Shown here one piece after another: positions 1 to 10,547 of a DNA stretch of 64,000 nucleotides. The stretch is from a virus. Numbering within the stretch: position 1 is the first letter of the stretch; the number at the start of each line of letters is the position of its first letter. The DNA lies in the IMG/VR virus record IMGVR_UViG_3300032322_002195, positions 32,001 through 96,000 of that record. One strand, 5' to 3'. Below the pieces are notes generated by a model. That model was not told the origin of the DNA. It searched no databases and worked only from the letters and a program-made list of their open reading frames with translations. The translations under genes and the position numbers were made by a program.

Positions 1-42
1 ATTCACAGAAGAAACTAACAACTTAATTAAATAATATTAACA

Positions 43-840
43 ATGGAAAAAACAAATATTTCGGTTATTTTAGCAGTACACGAATTAACTGATGAAACAA
101 AAAATTTATTCACCAACGCTGTTCAAAGTGTAAAAGAACAGTTAGTAAGACCAGACGAATTGGTTATCGTTGTCCCAAAAAATAGTGACGCTGCATCATA
201 TGTAAAAGCGTTTGATTTTGGTGATTATAAATCATCAGTTACAATTGCTGAAAATGAAGGTGAAACCGATTTCGCATCACAAACAAATTATGGTGTTAGC
301 GTAGCAAAATCTGATTGGATTAGCTTTTTAGAAATGGATGATGAGTATGCTAAAATTTGGTTTAAAAATGCGGTTAAATATCGTGAAGCCCACCCAGAAG
401 TTGAAATATTCATGCCTATAGTTGTTGACGTAGATTCAAACAATCAATTCATTGGTTTGACAAATGAAGCTGTTTGGGCCCAAAGTTTTTCTGATGAGCT
501 TGGTATTTTAGATAACAACGCTCTGTTAGCTTACCAGAATTTCAATATTGATGGAATCGTAATGAAAAAATCTATTTATCAAGATTTTGGCGGTTTTAAA
601 CCAAGCATAAAACTAACATTCATTTATGAGTTTTTGCTTCGCATGACCTTCAAAGCTATTAAAGTTATGGTTATCCCTAGATTTGGTTACAAACATATGA
701 ATCAAAGACCAGATTCTTTATTCTCGTCTTATAAAGAGTATATGACACCAGTAGAGGCAAAATGGTGGTTGGCTCAAGCTAAAAAAGAATACTACTTCAC
801 AAAAGATAGAAACATAACATATATAGAACAAACTGTTTAA
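43..840 (+). CDS. glycosyltransferase family 2
   Basis: N-terminal ISVILAVH strand, SVKEQ..PDELVIV, and WISFLEMDDE (DxD-like) of the GT-A fold. Confidence 0.8.
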   Translation: MEKTNISVILAVHELTDETKNLFTNAVQSVKEQLVRPDELVIVVPKNSDAASYVKAFDFGDYKSSVTIAENEGETDFASQTNYGVSVAKSDWISFLEMDDEYAKIWFKNAVKYREAHPEVEIFMPIVVDVDSNNQFIGLTNEAVWAQSFSDELGILDNNALLAYQNFNIDGIVMKKSIYQDFGGFKPSIKLTFIYEFLLRMTFKAIKVMVIPRFGYKHMNQRPDSLFSSYKEYMTPVEAKWWLAQAKKEYYFTKDRNITYIEQTV

Positions 841-842
841 TT

Positions 843-1565
843 GTGAGAAGAGGACGCAAAAGAAAAGATGAAATGTATTTTGGTCCAAATGAGGAAGAAG
901 CAGTAATTAAATTTTTAGAATCGACAAACGAAGAAGAAAGGAATCAAGTTTTTAACGAGTGGCTTAGAGGGCCACTCGATAAAATGATTGAATCGATAAT
1001 TAGAAGGTACAAATTATATAGAAAAGGTGAAACATTTGAAGATTTACATCGTGACACCATTTCATTTTTAATGACAAAAGTACATAAGTTTGAAAGCGGT
1101 AGAGGAAAAAAGGCTTATTCATATTTTGGAACTATTAGTAAAAATTACATATTAGGTTTATTAATAAAAGACGAAAAATATGTGAAGCAAAACGCTTCAT
1201 ATGAGGATATGTATGATGATTTAGAAGAAAGGTCTGATTTAACATATGTAATTGATGGGGACACATTTTTAATGGAAGACTTTATTTACAAAGTTACCAA
1301 TAAAATAAAAGAAGAATTAAACGATGAAAACCAACCAACAAAAAATAAATTAAACGAAAATGAAAAAAAAGTTGGTTATGCTTTAATTGATATTCTAGAA
1401 AATTGGGAAACAGCTTTTCAATCTATGGATGGTGGCTCCAAATACAATAAAAATTCTGTCTTAGAAACCATGCGTAACTATACCAATTTATCAACCAAAG
1501 ATATTCGGTTGGCAATGAAACGTTATAAAGAACTTTATGAATTGTTAAAAAATAATGGTTTGTAA
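843..1565 (+). CDS. phage sigma-factor-like protein (candidate late-transcription sigma)
   Basis: Sigma region-2-like segment FEDLHRDTISFLMTKVHKFESGRGKKAYSYFGTISKNY; GTG start. Confidence 0.65.
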   Translation: MRRGRKRKDEMYFGPNEEEAVIKFLESTNEEERNQVFNEWLRGPLDKMIESIIRRYKLYRKGETFEDLHRDTISFLMTKVHKFESGRGKKAYSYFGTISKNYILGLLIKDEKYVKQNASYEDMYDDLEERSDLTYVIDGDTFLMEDFIYKVTNKIKEELNDENQPTKNKLNENEKKVGYALIDILENWETAFQSMDGGSKYNKNSVLETMRNYTNLSTKDIRLAMKRYKELYELLKNNGL

Positions 1566-1617
1566 AAAATAACAATAAAAACCTTTATTAGAGGTATTTA
1601 TAGTAAAACATACAATC

Positions 1618-2013
1618 ATGCCTAGGAAAAGAAAACAAGATGTAAAAGTAAACGATACAGAATCATTAGAAGGTCTTATGCAAGAGACTTATAATGATGC
1701 TTGTTTACAAATTAATGATGCTCAAAGAACTATAAATGAGCTTGCCACCAGCGCCACACCAACTGATGTTGACGATTTGACAAAGATTGCTAAAGAAAAA
1801 GGTGGTTTACTTAAAATAAAAGATTCGGCCATAAGAATCAAATTAGAATTAGCAAAACTACAAAGTGATATAATCAAAAATCGTGGTGATGCTGATACTG
1901 CTATTTCTGAAAGAACTAGCGGTTCCGCTTCTTTAAGCGATTTCAAATCTATTAGAGAAATGCTTAAAAACACCACTAAAGAAAATGATAATGAATCTGA
2001 AATAGAATTTTAA
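1618..2013 (+). CDS. hypothetical coiled-coil protein
   Basis: 131-aa ORF with a TATTTATA motif upstream; stop overlaps the next start. Confidence 0.7.
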   Translation: MPRKRKQDVKVNDTESLEGLMQETYNDACLQINDAQRTINELATSATPTDVDDLTKIAKEKGGLLKIKDSAIRIKLELAKLQSDIIKNRGDADTAISERTSGSASLSDFKSIREMLKNTTKENDNESEIEF

Positions 2014-3440
2014 TGGCTGTTATAAATAAAAAGAAAAAAGTTTTTGGAAAAATAGCTGCGGCAAAAACTTTAGTTGATGGTATGCCAAAACTAAAGTTAA
2101 GCTCGTCTATGCCATCTATTAATAACAATGGCGATGCAATTACTTTTTTAACAGACCTTATAAAAGTTTTAGTCGGTTTTCAAGCTTTGGTCACAACCGT
2201 AGTTGAAACTTTAACTAATTCATTACCTAAAATAGAATTAGCCATAAAAAAAGCTTTAAAAATTGAATTAAAATCAATTGTAAGTTGTGGCGTTGACCCT
2301 AGTATCCCACCTTGGATTCAATCAAATGGTACTGGTATTGTAATTGAAGTCAGAAAGATAGACTTTTTAGATATGCTTAGAACAGACCCTAATTCTGTTG
2401 CTGGTAGATTAATGTATAATGATGTAACAACACCGCTTACAATTAGTACAGACTTAAACACTTTTTTATATGAGGTTATACAAAACCCAGGAATTCCTTA
2501 TCAATGGCCACAACTAAACCCTATTCTTGATATTACATTTAATGAATTAAGTACTGGTAACCCTAATAATACGTTGACAATAACAGCAACGTTACCATAC
2601 AATACACAAACATTAACAGACCTAAACAATGATTTTATTGATTCATTACAATTGTTAAATTCAGCTAATGTTTTGAATAAAATAATGGATATTATCTATG
2701 GTGCTGTTTCTTCAGTAGCAGGTATTTCTCAAAAAGTATTAGAAACTGAACAAAAAATTAATGGTGTTGTTGATAAAATGGTTAACAATGTTAACGAAGG
2801 ACCAATAAATGATTCTGCTTTTTCTTTTTCAAACGAAGAAACATTAAAACAACAAGCTGAAGCTGCTGCTAGAAAAAGAGGTGTTAAAAATATAAAAACA
2901 ACCAACGATATTCCATCATCAGTTCCTATTTCTAGTCTAACAAATTATAATCAACAATTATCAACAGCAACATCATTAATTCAAACTAAAAATGTTATAT
3001 CGTCTAATTTGAACAATATGGCTAATTTAAGTGTTATAAATGTTCCAAACCCTGTTGATATAGCCTCATCGAAACTTAACTTTATACAACAGATTATAAC
3101 TTCTATAATCAAGTCTATAGTTGGTATAATTCTATCTCCAAAAGTAATTCTTGTTTTCTTGATAAATTATAAAATAGTGTATGGGCAAGCAGCAACTTTT
3201 AGCGACCCAATAGATTTTATAAGAAGAAATAAAAACTTGATTAACGAGATAATGAAAGTTATTGCAGTTGAATTAATCAAGATACTATTGACAATTGCAT
3301 TAAAAGAAATATCTATTCTTGTAGCACAAGCTATTGCTAAAAAACAAATAGAAAAAAACACTAATAAATTAGCACAATTACAATCTTTGATTGGAATTTC
3401 ACCTAACTTAATAAGAAATTTACTAGATAATTTATTATAA
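2013..3440 (+). CDS. hypothetical protein, probably virion structural
   Basis: 475-aa ORF, translationally coupled within the operon that leads to the baseplate-like gene. Confidence 0.6.
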   Translation: MAVINKKKKVFGKIAAAKTLVDGMPKLKLSSSMPSINNNGDAITFLTDLIKVLVGFQALVTTVVETLTNSLPKIELAIKKALKIELKSIVSCGVDPSIPPWIQSNGTGIVIEVRKIDFLDMLRTDPNSVAGRLMYNDVTTPLTISTDLNTFLYEVIQNPGIPYQWPQLNPILDITFNELSTGNPNNTLTITATLPYNTQTLTDLNNDFIDSLQLLNSANVLNKIMDIIYGAVSSVAGISQKVLETEQKINGVVDKMVNNVNEGPINDSAFSFSNEETLKQQAEAAARKRGVKNIKTTNDIPSSVPISSLTNYNQQLSTATSLIQTKNVISSNLNNMANLSVINVPNPVDIASSKLNFIQQIITSIIKSIVGIILSPKVILVFLINYKIVYGQAATFSDPIDFIRRNKNLINEIMKVIAVELIKILLTIALKEISILVAQAIAKKQIEKNTNKLAQLQSLIGISPNLIRNLLDNLL

Positions 3441-3871
3441 TGGCAGACATAAAACCAATACCAACATCTGGCTTCAATTTCTCATCAATAAATGGAGTTT
3501 TAAATTTAATTCTAAGTGCATTCTCAACTCCTGAGCCACCAATTGAACCATTACCACCACCATTAATAATGATTGGTGCAAAACTAAGACCTGGGATTTC
3601 AGCACAAAGCATAGCATCCGAAATAATAAGTAAACAATCAGATTCTGGTAGGGTTGTTGGTGATGTGTTTGCCGATGGACCAAATGTTGAAGAAGCTATG
3701 GAATTAATAAGAGTTCAACAAATAGTAAGCACCATATTAAATGAAGCTAAAGTTGATGTCGTAATCCCTCCAGGTATTGCCATAACAGCTGTTGGTGGTA
3801 ATGCAGGTGGTCCAGTTGTTTGTCAAGGTTTTACTACCAGCATGGGTATAGGTGATGGTATAATTCGTTAA
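3440..3871 (+). CDS. hypothetical protein, probably baseplate-associated
   Basis: 143 aa, Gly/Pro-rich C-terminus, coupled to the upstream ORF. Confidence 0.6.
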   Translation: MADIKPIPTSGFNFSSINGVLNLILSAFSTPEPPIEPLPPPLIMIGAKLRPGISAQSIASEIISKQSDSGRVVGDVFADGPNVEEAMELIRVQQIVSTILNEAKVDVVIPPGIAITAVGGNAGGPVVCQGFTTSMGIGDGIIR

Positions 3872-3885
3872 AAAAATTTAATATT

Positions 3886-4062
3886 ATGAATGACTTAGAA
3901 AATATGTCAAACAATGAAATTTTGTTTGAAATTAAAAAAATGGAAGCCGACCACGAAGCTTTAAAATTAAAAATGATTCAAGATTTTGATAAATTGATTG
4001 AAATTGAAAAACGCTTTGATGATGCCAATAAAATATTAATTAAAAGATTAAAAGGGGATTAG
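3886..4062 (+). CDS. small coiled-coil protein (58 aa, not in ORF track)
   Basis: ATG at 3886 reads MNDLENMSNNEILFEIKKMEADHEALK...LKGD to TAG, filling the gap between genes. Confidence 0.65.
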   Translation: MNDLENMSNNEILFEIKKMEADHEALKLKMIQDFDKLIEIEKRFDDANKILIKRLKGD

Positions 4063-4063
4063 T

Positions 4064-5065
4064 ATGCTTAATAGTTCTAATAAAACACAAAGAAATGAAG
4101 GTAGTGTTTATGATGGTATAAATGCTGGTACGAATATAAAATATGGTGTTGTAAGAGTATTAGAAGACGAAACTGGACCAGAACAAAATAAAGGTTTAGG
4201 TAGAATAAAAGTATATATAAAAGGCCCTATAGCAACTGGTGGTGACGCTGATAGGACTGACGCTGAATTACCATGGTGTTTTCCTTTCCTTCCAAAACAT
4301 TTACAAGTTCAACCTAAAGTAGGTGAAGCTGTTATGATTTTAACTTTTAGCAACCAACAACAACACGCAGATAGATTGTATATTGGTCCAATAGTTTCAC
4401 AATTACCTCTTTTAGATAAAGACCCTTATTTATATTCAGCTTTAAATGGTTTTACATTTGCGCTTTCTTCACCATCAATAAACCCATCACAAATAGCTGA
4501 ATTAAATGGTGTATTTCCAAAACCAGACGATGTTTCAATACAAGGTAGATATAACACAGAAATAACTCAAAAAAGGAATGAAGTAGTTATTAGAGCTGGT
4601 AAATTTGTTGAATCAACCCCAAATAAAAACAATCCTTACTCTTTCAAATATAACCCAACAACCCAAGCTTACATTCAATTAAAAAATGATGTTGTAACAA
4701 ACCCAGCAACTAATCAACAAGCTGCTCTTAGAGGTACGGTAGCCAATATAGTTGCAAATAAGATTAATCTTATTACACATAGAGATGGAAGCCCTAGATT
4801 TAATATAACAGACCCAGACATTCTTATAACTGACGATGAATTAACCAAAATACTATCAGAAGCCCATCAAGTTCCTTTTGGGGATGTTTTATTACAATAT
4901 TTAAGACTACTTAAAGACGCATTTTTATCACATGTTCATAATGGCAGCGGAAACCCAGCAACAGATTTAACGATATCAGGAAACAAACAAGCTGTTGCTT
5001 TATTTAAAACAAAAGCAGATGATTTAGAAAAGTCAATGTTATCGAAAAATGTGCGTATTAATTAA
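4064..5065 (+). CDS. baseplate hub/spike protein (gp5/VgrG OB-fold-like)
   Basis: GLGRIKV...LPWCFPFLP..LQVQPKVGEAV OB-fold signature; C-terminal HVH metal-binding spike motif. Confidence 0.65.
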   Translation: MLNSSNKTQRNEGSVYDGINAGTNIKYGVVRVLEDETGPEQNKGLGRIKVYIKGPIATGGDADRTDAELPWCFPFLPKHLQVQPKVGEAVMILTFSNQQQHADRLYIGPIVSQLPLLDKDPYLYSALNGFTFALSSPSINPSQIAELNGVFPKPDDVSIQGRYNTEITQKRNEVVIRAGKFVESTPNKNNPYSFKYNPTTQAYIQLKNDVVTNPATNQQAALRGTVANIVANKINLITHRDGSPRFNITDPDILITDDELTKILSEAHQVPFGDVLLQYLRLLKDAFLSHVHNGSGNPATDLTISGNKQAVALFKTKADDLEKSMLSKNVRIN

Positions 5066-5095
5066 TGTTTTAGAATATTTATAATAAAAACAAAG

Positions 5096-6502
5096 ATGGT
5101 AATTCATACATTTTTCGATAAAAATAATACTATTGTCAGCAACCAATATGTTAATACTGGATTAAACCCAGTTACTGAATTATTTTATGGTGGCGCAATA
5201 GGCGAACAAAAATATAGCCGATTCTTATTTCATTTTGATGAAACTAGATTAAGAGCTTTATATACTGGTGGTACGTTTACTGATTTAAGTAAATTAAAAC
5301 ATACATTAAGACTTACAAATACAGGTTCTTTTGATACCGAATTGTTAAATGGAACAATGGCTGGCATGGATAGAACCACATCTTTTGATTTACTTCTATT
5401 CAAAATAAATCAAAATTGGGATAACGGAGTTGGTTACGATTATAATGTACCAATATTAGTAACTGGTGAAGGCGCTTACTACAACGGACCTTCAAATTGG
5501 ATTGAACCTAGGACTGGTGAATTTTGGTCTGGTGGTTCTGGTGTTTATTCTGGTTCAGCGTCTGCAATTACCGTAACAACACAACATTTTGATAAGGGTA
5601 ATGAAAATATTGAAATGGATATCACAAATTATGTGAATGGCTTATTAACAGGTAATACAAACTATGGTTTAGGAATAGCTTATACCAGACCATTTGAGTT
5701 GATGAACACAACTAGATTACAATATGTTGGTTTCTTCACAAACAACACACAAACGTTCTATGAACCATATGTTGAAAGCATCTATGATAATCATATAAAA
5801 GACGATAGAAATAACTTTTTTCTAGACAAACCAAGTAAATTATATTTATACGTAAATATAGCTGGAAACCCAACAAATCTAGATACAAAACCATACGTCA
5901 ATGTGTATAATAATGATGGTAATTTGTTTTCAGCATATACACCTTCAAATGTTAAACATGTAACGTTAGGTGTTTATTCAATTGATATATTGGTTCCAAC
6001 TTCAGCATCAAATATAGAGACAATGTATAATGATGTATGGACTGGTATTACTTTAAATGGGGTGGCAAGACCAAATATAAACCTTTATTTTGTTGTTAAA
6101 GATTCTATGGGATATTATAACATAGGTGATAATGATATGCTACCCAAAAAAGTAGCTGTTAATGTAAGCGGAATTCAAAATAAAGAAAAAATAAAACGTG
6201 GTGATATTAGAAAAGCTATTGTTTCGGCTAGAATACCATTTACTGTTGAACAAACCCAAAATATCAATAATTTACAATATAGGATATATGTTTTAGAAGG
6301 TAGTAACGAATTAACAGTAATAGATTATCAGCCAGTAGAAATGTCTAACAACTATTATTATTTCTTAATAGACACACTAAGTTTTATACCAAACACATAT
6401 TATATAGATATTCTAGCTTATTCAAATCTAGAAGTAACTACACTTAAAAATGTTTTAGAATTTGAAATAATAAATCAAGTAGAATTGCGTAAGTCCCAAT
6501 AA
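5096..6502 (+). CDS. putative virion structural protein, beta-rich
   Basis: 468 aa, Asn/Thr/Tyr-rich; TATTTATA motif upstream. Confidence 0.55.
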   Translation: MVIHTFFDKNNTIVSNQYVNTGLNPVTELFYGGAIGEQKYSRFLFHFDETRLRALYTGGTFTDLSKLKHTLRLTNTGSFDTELLNGTMAGMDRTTSFDLLLFKINQNWDNGVGYDYNVPILVTGEGAYYNGPSNWIEPRTGEFWSGGSGVYSGSASAITVTTQHFDKGNENIEMDITNYVNGLLTGNTNYGLGIAYTRPFELMNTTRLQYVGFFTNNTQTFYEPYVESIYDNHIKDDRNNFFLDKPSKLYLYVNIAGNPTNLDTKPYVNVYNNDGNLFSAYTPSNVKHVTLGVYSIDILVPTSASNIETMYNDVWTGITLNGVARPNINLYFVVKDSMGYYNIGDNDMLPKKVAVNVSGIQNKEKIKRGDIRKAIVSARIPFTVEQTQNINNLQYRIYVLEGSNELTVIDYQPVEMSNNYYYFLIDTLSFIPNTYYIDILAYSNLEVTTLKNVLEFEIINQVELRKSQ

Positions 6503-6507
6503 TTAAT

Positions 6508-7230
6508 ATGAAACAATTTATCAAGCATAGAATTAGAACTATTCTGGAATCAATGGCAGATGAACATCTAGGAACTATTTCAATGAATATACCATTTAGT
6601 TCATTAATTTTGGACAGAGTTAATTTAGGGTGGGCTATTGAAAACATAAAAGAAAAAAGACCATCTAGAAGCAAAGCCAAGCCTATGCAAGTGGCTATGA
6701 GTTATGATAGGAAATATTATTTACTAGACGGTTATCACAGATTGGTTGAAGCTGTTTTAGCTGGAGAAACATCAGCCAAAGTTATGTTACTAAATAAGAC
6801 CTATGAAAATTTAAAAAAGAACAATCAAATCGGTGTTGCTTGTAATGGCGGTTCTGGTGATGAATTTTGTAATAATTTTAAAACACTAGGGTCCATTGAT
6901 ATGATTAAACAAGAATTGAATGAAGAAATGATTGATGGACAAAACATGACACCAGCAATGAAATTTGCTTGTAATAAAATGACAATTGGTAGTTATGAAG
7001 AAGCCCTAAAACTTACAAAAGCAGCTATTGCTCATTTGGATGATGAAACAAAAAATAAAATAATGATGAAACTCCATAAACCACTTGAAAGTTTAAGACA
7101 AGAAGAAATTCAATTAGACGATGAAGTGACTAGATATCATATGACTGTAGATTCATTACCAGATGAAGCTGATACTTATTGGCACCAAATTCAATCAACT
7201 ATTTGCGAATTAGGACCCAGTTTTCAGTAA
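6508..7230 (+). CDS. ParB/Srx-like domain protein
   Basis: YYLLDGYHRLVEA motif. Confidence 0.6.
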   Translation: MKQFIKHRIRTILESMADEHLGTISMNIPFSSLILDRVNLGWAIENIKEKRPSRSKAKPMQVAMSYDRKYYLLDGYHRLVEAVLAGETSAKVMLLNKTYENLKKNNQIGVACNGGSGDEFCNNFKTLGSIDMIKQELNEEMIDGQNMTPAMKFACNKMTIGSYEEALKLTKAAIAHLDDETKNKIMMKLHKPLESLRQEEIQLDDEVTRYHMTVDSLPDEADTYWHQIQSTICELGPSFQ

Positions 7231-7370
7231 AAACACTTGACAAAAAATCTTTTATTAGTATATTTATTATTGCGTTAACTACGTATTAGCCCCGACCATT
7301 AAAACGGTTTAGAGTTGTTTAGGCAACAAAGGTGTTGGTACAATAACAATAAAATTAAAAGTTAATAAAA

Positions 7371-8261
7371 ATGAAAAAAACCTACTGGACAGAAACTGTT
7401 CCAACAGCTTACATTGCTGTAAACAAGAGCAGACTTAAGCTCTACGACAAAGATGGCGAGATGCCAACTTTCTATTTATCAAAACAAACGGAATTTCAAA
7501 TTGAAATCTTCAACCCAACATCAGATGTAATTTTAGCAAAAATTCATTTAAATGGCAAAGCCATATCTCAAGGTGGTTTGGTGTTAAACCCAGGACAACG
7601 TGTATTCCTAGACCGTTATTTTGATGTTGCAAAAAAATTCTTATTTGACACATATGAAGTTGAAAATACTAATGGAGTTAAAAAAGCTATTGAAAATAAT
7701 GGTGATTTAAAAGTAGAATTTTATAAGGAACGTATAGAAACTCTACCACTTATAACAACACCAGATTGGACTTATAGACCATATATCTATTACAATAATA
7801 CTAATAATTTGGGTAATTATAATATTGGTACTGACCCTAAGTATTTACGCAGCACCACATATGGCACAGCATCAATTAAAACTTTGGGTTTATTTGATAC
7901 CACATCAGTATCTTCATCTTTTCAAGATACAACTAGCAATACTTTTAAATATGATGCTACAATAGATTCTTCTTTAAATTTTGATGATTTAGATAATGTA
8001 AAAAACCAACCAAGAAGTAAAAAATCTAAATCAATTGAAACTGGTAGAGTTGAAAAAGGTTCGAATTCAAACCAAGAATTTAAGACAGTAAACAAAAGTT
8101 TTGAATATATTCCATTCCACGTAATTGAATACAAATTATTACCAATTTCTCAAAAAATAAACACATTAGAAGATGTTAATATTAAAAGATATTGCACAAA
8201 TTGTGGTCACAAATTGGGAAAGACTGACAAATTTTGTGGTCAGTGTGGGACTAAAGCCTAA
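7371..8261 (+). CDS. hypothetical protein with C-terminal zinc ribbon
   Basis: CTNCG...FCGQCG at the C-terminus. Confidence 0.7.
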   Translation: MKKTYWTETVPTAYIAVNKSRLKLYDKDGEMPTFYLSKQTEFQIEIFNPTSDVILAKIHLNGKAISQGGLVLNPGQRVFLDRYFDVAKKFLFDTYEVENTNGVKKAIENNGDLKVEFYKERIETLPLITTPDWTYRPYIYYNNTNNLGNYNIGTDPKYLRSTTYGTASIKTLGLFDTTSVSSSFQDTTSNTFKYDATIDSSLNFDDLDNVKNQPRSKKSKSIETGRVEKGSNSNQEFKTVNKSFEYIPFHVIEYKLLPISQKINTLEDVNIKRYCTNCGHKLGKTDKFCGQCGTKA

Positions 8262-8284
8262 AAAATAAATTAAAAGTTAACGCA

Positions 8285-8321
8285 AAAAAAACCTGAAGAA
8301 CTTGCATCTTCGGGTTTTTTA
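8285..8321 (+). terminator. intrinsic terminator
   Basis: aaaacctgaaga-acttgca-tcttcgggtttttt hairpin with a T tract. Confidence 0.7.
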
Positions 8322-8345
8322 TTGTATATTTGTGAAAAAAATATT

Positions 8346-8540
8346 ATGGAAAAAGAATTATTAGAGGCATTCTTATTAGATGTTAAGCAAATGGTTACAA
8401 ATAACCCTAATGATGTTGATTTGGGTAAAACACTTAGAATTTATTTTAACAATTTACCAAATTTAATTAAAGATTTTAAACAACAATTAGATAAAGATTA
8501 TTATCTTGGTCCTTTAGATGATTTATCTAATAATAGTTAA
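8346..8540 (+). CDS. hypothetical protein
   Basis: ORF; the ATG at 8346 follows a TAnnTTTG box. Confidence 0.55.
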   Translation: MEKELLEAFLLDVKQMVTNNPNDVDLGKTLRIYFNNLPNLIKDFKQQLDKDYYLGPLDDLSNNS

Positions 8541-8560
8541 TAAAGTCAAGTATATAAAAC

Positions 8561-8590
8561 AAAAAAGGTGGAATAAATCCCACCTTTTAA
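8561..8590. terminator. bidirectional terminator after the major capsid gene
   Basis: aaaaaaggtgg-aataaatc-ccacctttt. Confidence 0.7.
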
Positions 8591-8609
8591 GTTTATAGTT
8601 TAGAAAAGA

Positions 8610-10517
8610 TTATCTCAATTCAGCAACATTGAATGTAGGTACACCGTCTACTCTAACATGCCCGTAGAACCTGTTGTTTACGACCTTCTTAGCGTAACGA
8701 GTCATGATACCTTTAACTGGAGCAAAGTTGAAAGGATTGTACATAGTTGGTGTAAGTTGCAAAGGCACGTATGGTGCGTAGATGTAACCAGTATCCAACA
8801 ATGATTTACCTTTATGACCGATGATTACAGAGTAAGCTGGTGCATATGGGTCACGGAATACTTGATAACGTCCACCCAATGTACCGATTCTTTCGATACC
8901 CATGTTATATTGGTCTTGCTCAGGGTTAGCATCAGACACGTGGAAGTATTCTAAATCATCGAATACAGCTGAAATTTCAGAAGATACAACGATAAAGTTA
9001 GCACCACCACGAAGTGTTGATTTGTGGATTTGAGCAGAGATTTGGTTAATCTTAGTGATAAGAGTTTGGTTCCAGTCCTTTTGAGTGTAAGGGCTAGCAG
9101 CAGAAGAAGCTCTTCTCCATCCGTTGTAGTCCCAACGCAATTGCCATGCAGCAGCTTTACGAAGGTCTCTAAGGATTTCACGGTCAATTTCCGCAGCAAC
9201 TTGCTCTGACAACATAGCTGTCAATTCAGCTTCAGCGTCAATGTTGTGGAATGCACTAACATCTTGAGCCAATTCTGGTGACCAAGTAGCACGTAATTTT
9301 CTTTCTTCAACGGCAACAACAACTTCATCAAGTCTGAAAGAAACTTCATTCAATTCAGTTTCCAATTCTAGAGAAGCGTATTCAGCCCATGCAAATACAA
9401 AGTTATAAGCAGTAACAGCTGATACAGTTGAAGCTGAAGCACCTATATAACCATCATAAGTAGCTGTACCAGCAGCAGCAGCACCAGTTCCAGCAGTAGT
9501 ACCTACAGGGTGAGTCAAGTCAAGCTCAACATACATAACACCATTAGGAGTAGTCAATACAGGATAAGTTTGACCATTAGATGTAAAAGTATTTGTTGTT
9601 TGAACAATACCTTGACCGTATTTTTGAGTAACCAAACGGAATGGAACTTCTTGGTTAGCAGCGATAATGGTATTACCGTTAGCGTCAAGGATAGCATTTG
9701 TAGTTACGCAATGCAAAGAAGCTAAGAATGATTCAGTATCCATTACGTTACCATCAGGACCAGTCAATACTTCACGACCACCACCACTATTAGTTGGGTT
9801 GAAACCACTCATGCTAAACATAGCGTATCTCAATGAACCATCATTAGCAGTTGGGAAAGAAGTCGTTCCAGCAGGGCTTAGAACAACAAACTGACCATCT
9901 GAATTTAATCTAACAGCGTTGTTGTTAGCTAAAGTATAAGTTCTGATAGTAAGTGTACCTTTAGATTGGTCAAACATACCATCGTTGTAGAAAATATCAT
10001 ATAAGTTCTTAGCCATAAATGGAGTTGTAGCGCATGAACCATTAGCTGGAAGAACGCAAGATGGAATGCCAGTAGAAGCAAATGATGTGTGAGCTGAATA
10101 CTGAGTAAGATAAGTATCGTTAGTTGGGCTAGTACCAGCATAGTCATTACCAGCAACAGGAGGTGTAGAACCGTCTACACGGCTAGATGTAAGAGGTACG
10201 AAATAGAACAATTTACCGATAGGCATGTTCATAGCTTGAACAGACACGATGTCGTTAGCTAATAATTTAGAGAAAACACGTCTTACGATAGGGAATACTA
10301 CTGTTTCGAATGAACCAGAAGAAGTTGAAGTTGTAGTCTCAGTCAACAAAGTTGAAGCTTGGTTTTCATACAACTGAGCGATGTTTTCTTTTACGTGGCC
10401 TTTAAGACCTTCAAGGAAGCCTAAGCTTTCCCATTTTGATTGGGTTTCTTTACGGATAGCCTTCATGTGGTTTAATCCGATGTTACCCACTTGTCCAGAT
10501 GTTAATAAATGTGACAT
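8610..10517 (-). CDS. gp23: major capsid protein (T4 gp23-like) with a large insertion
   Basis: VSVQAMNMPIGKLFY, RKLRATWSPELAQDVSAFHNIDAEAEL, GYIYAPYVPL and PVKGIMTRY motifs. Confidence 0.97.
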   Translation of the reverse strand: MSHLLTSGQVGNIGLNHMKAIRKETQSKWESLGFLEGLKGHVKENIAQLYENQASTLLTETTTSTSSGSFETVVFPIVRRVFSKLLANDIVSVQAMNMPIGKLFYFVPLTSSRVDGSTPPVAGNDYAGTSPTNDTYLTQYSAHTSFASTGIPSCVLPANGSCATTPFMAKNLYDIFYNDGMFDQSKGTLTIRTYTLANNNAVRLNSDGQFVVLSPAGTTSFPTANDGSLRYAMFSMSGFNPTNSGGGREVLTGPDGNVMDTESFLASLHCVTTNAILDANGNTIIAANQEVPFRLVTQKYGQGIVQTTNTFTSNGQTYPVLTTPNGVMYVELDLTHPVGTTAGTGAAAAGTATYDGYIGASASTVSAVTAYNFVFAWAEYASLELETELNEVSFRLDEVVVAVEERKLRATWSPELAQDVSAFHNIDAEAELTAMLSEQVAAEIDREILRDLRKAAAWQLRWDYNGWRRASSAASPYTQKDWNQTLITKINQISAQIHKSTLRGGANFIVVSSEISAVFDDLEYFHVSDANPEQDQYNMGIERIGTLGGRYQVFRDPYAPAYSVIIGHKGKSLLDTGYIYAPYVPLQLTPTMYNPFNFAPVKGIMTRYAKKVVNNRFYGHVRVDGVPTFNVAELR

Positions 10518-10547
10518 AGTTTTTTGTATTTATTTTTTTGGTTATTG

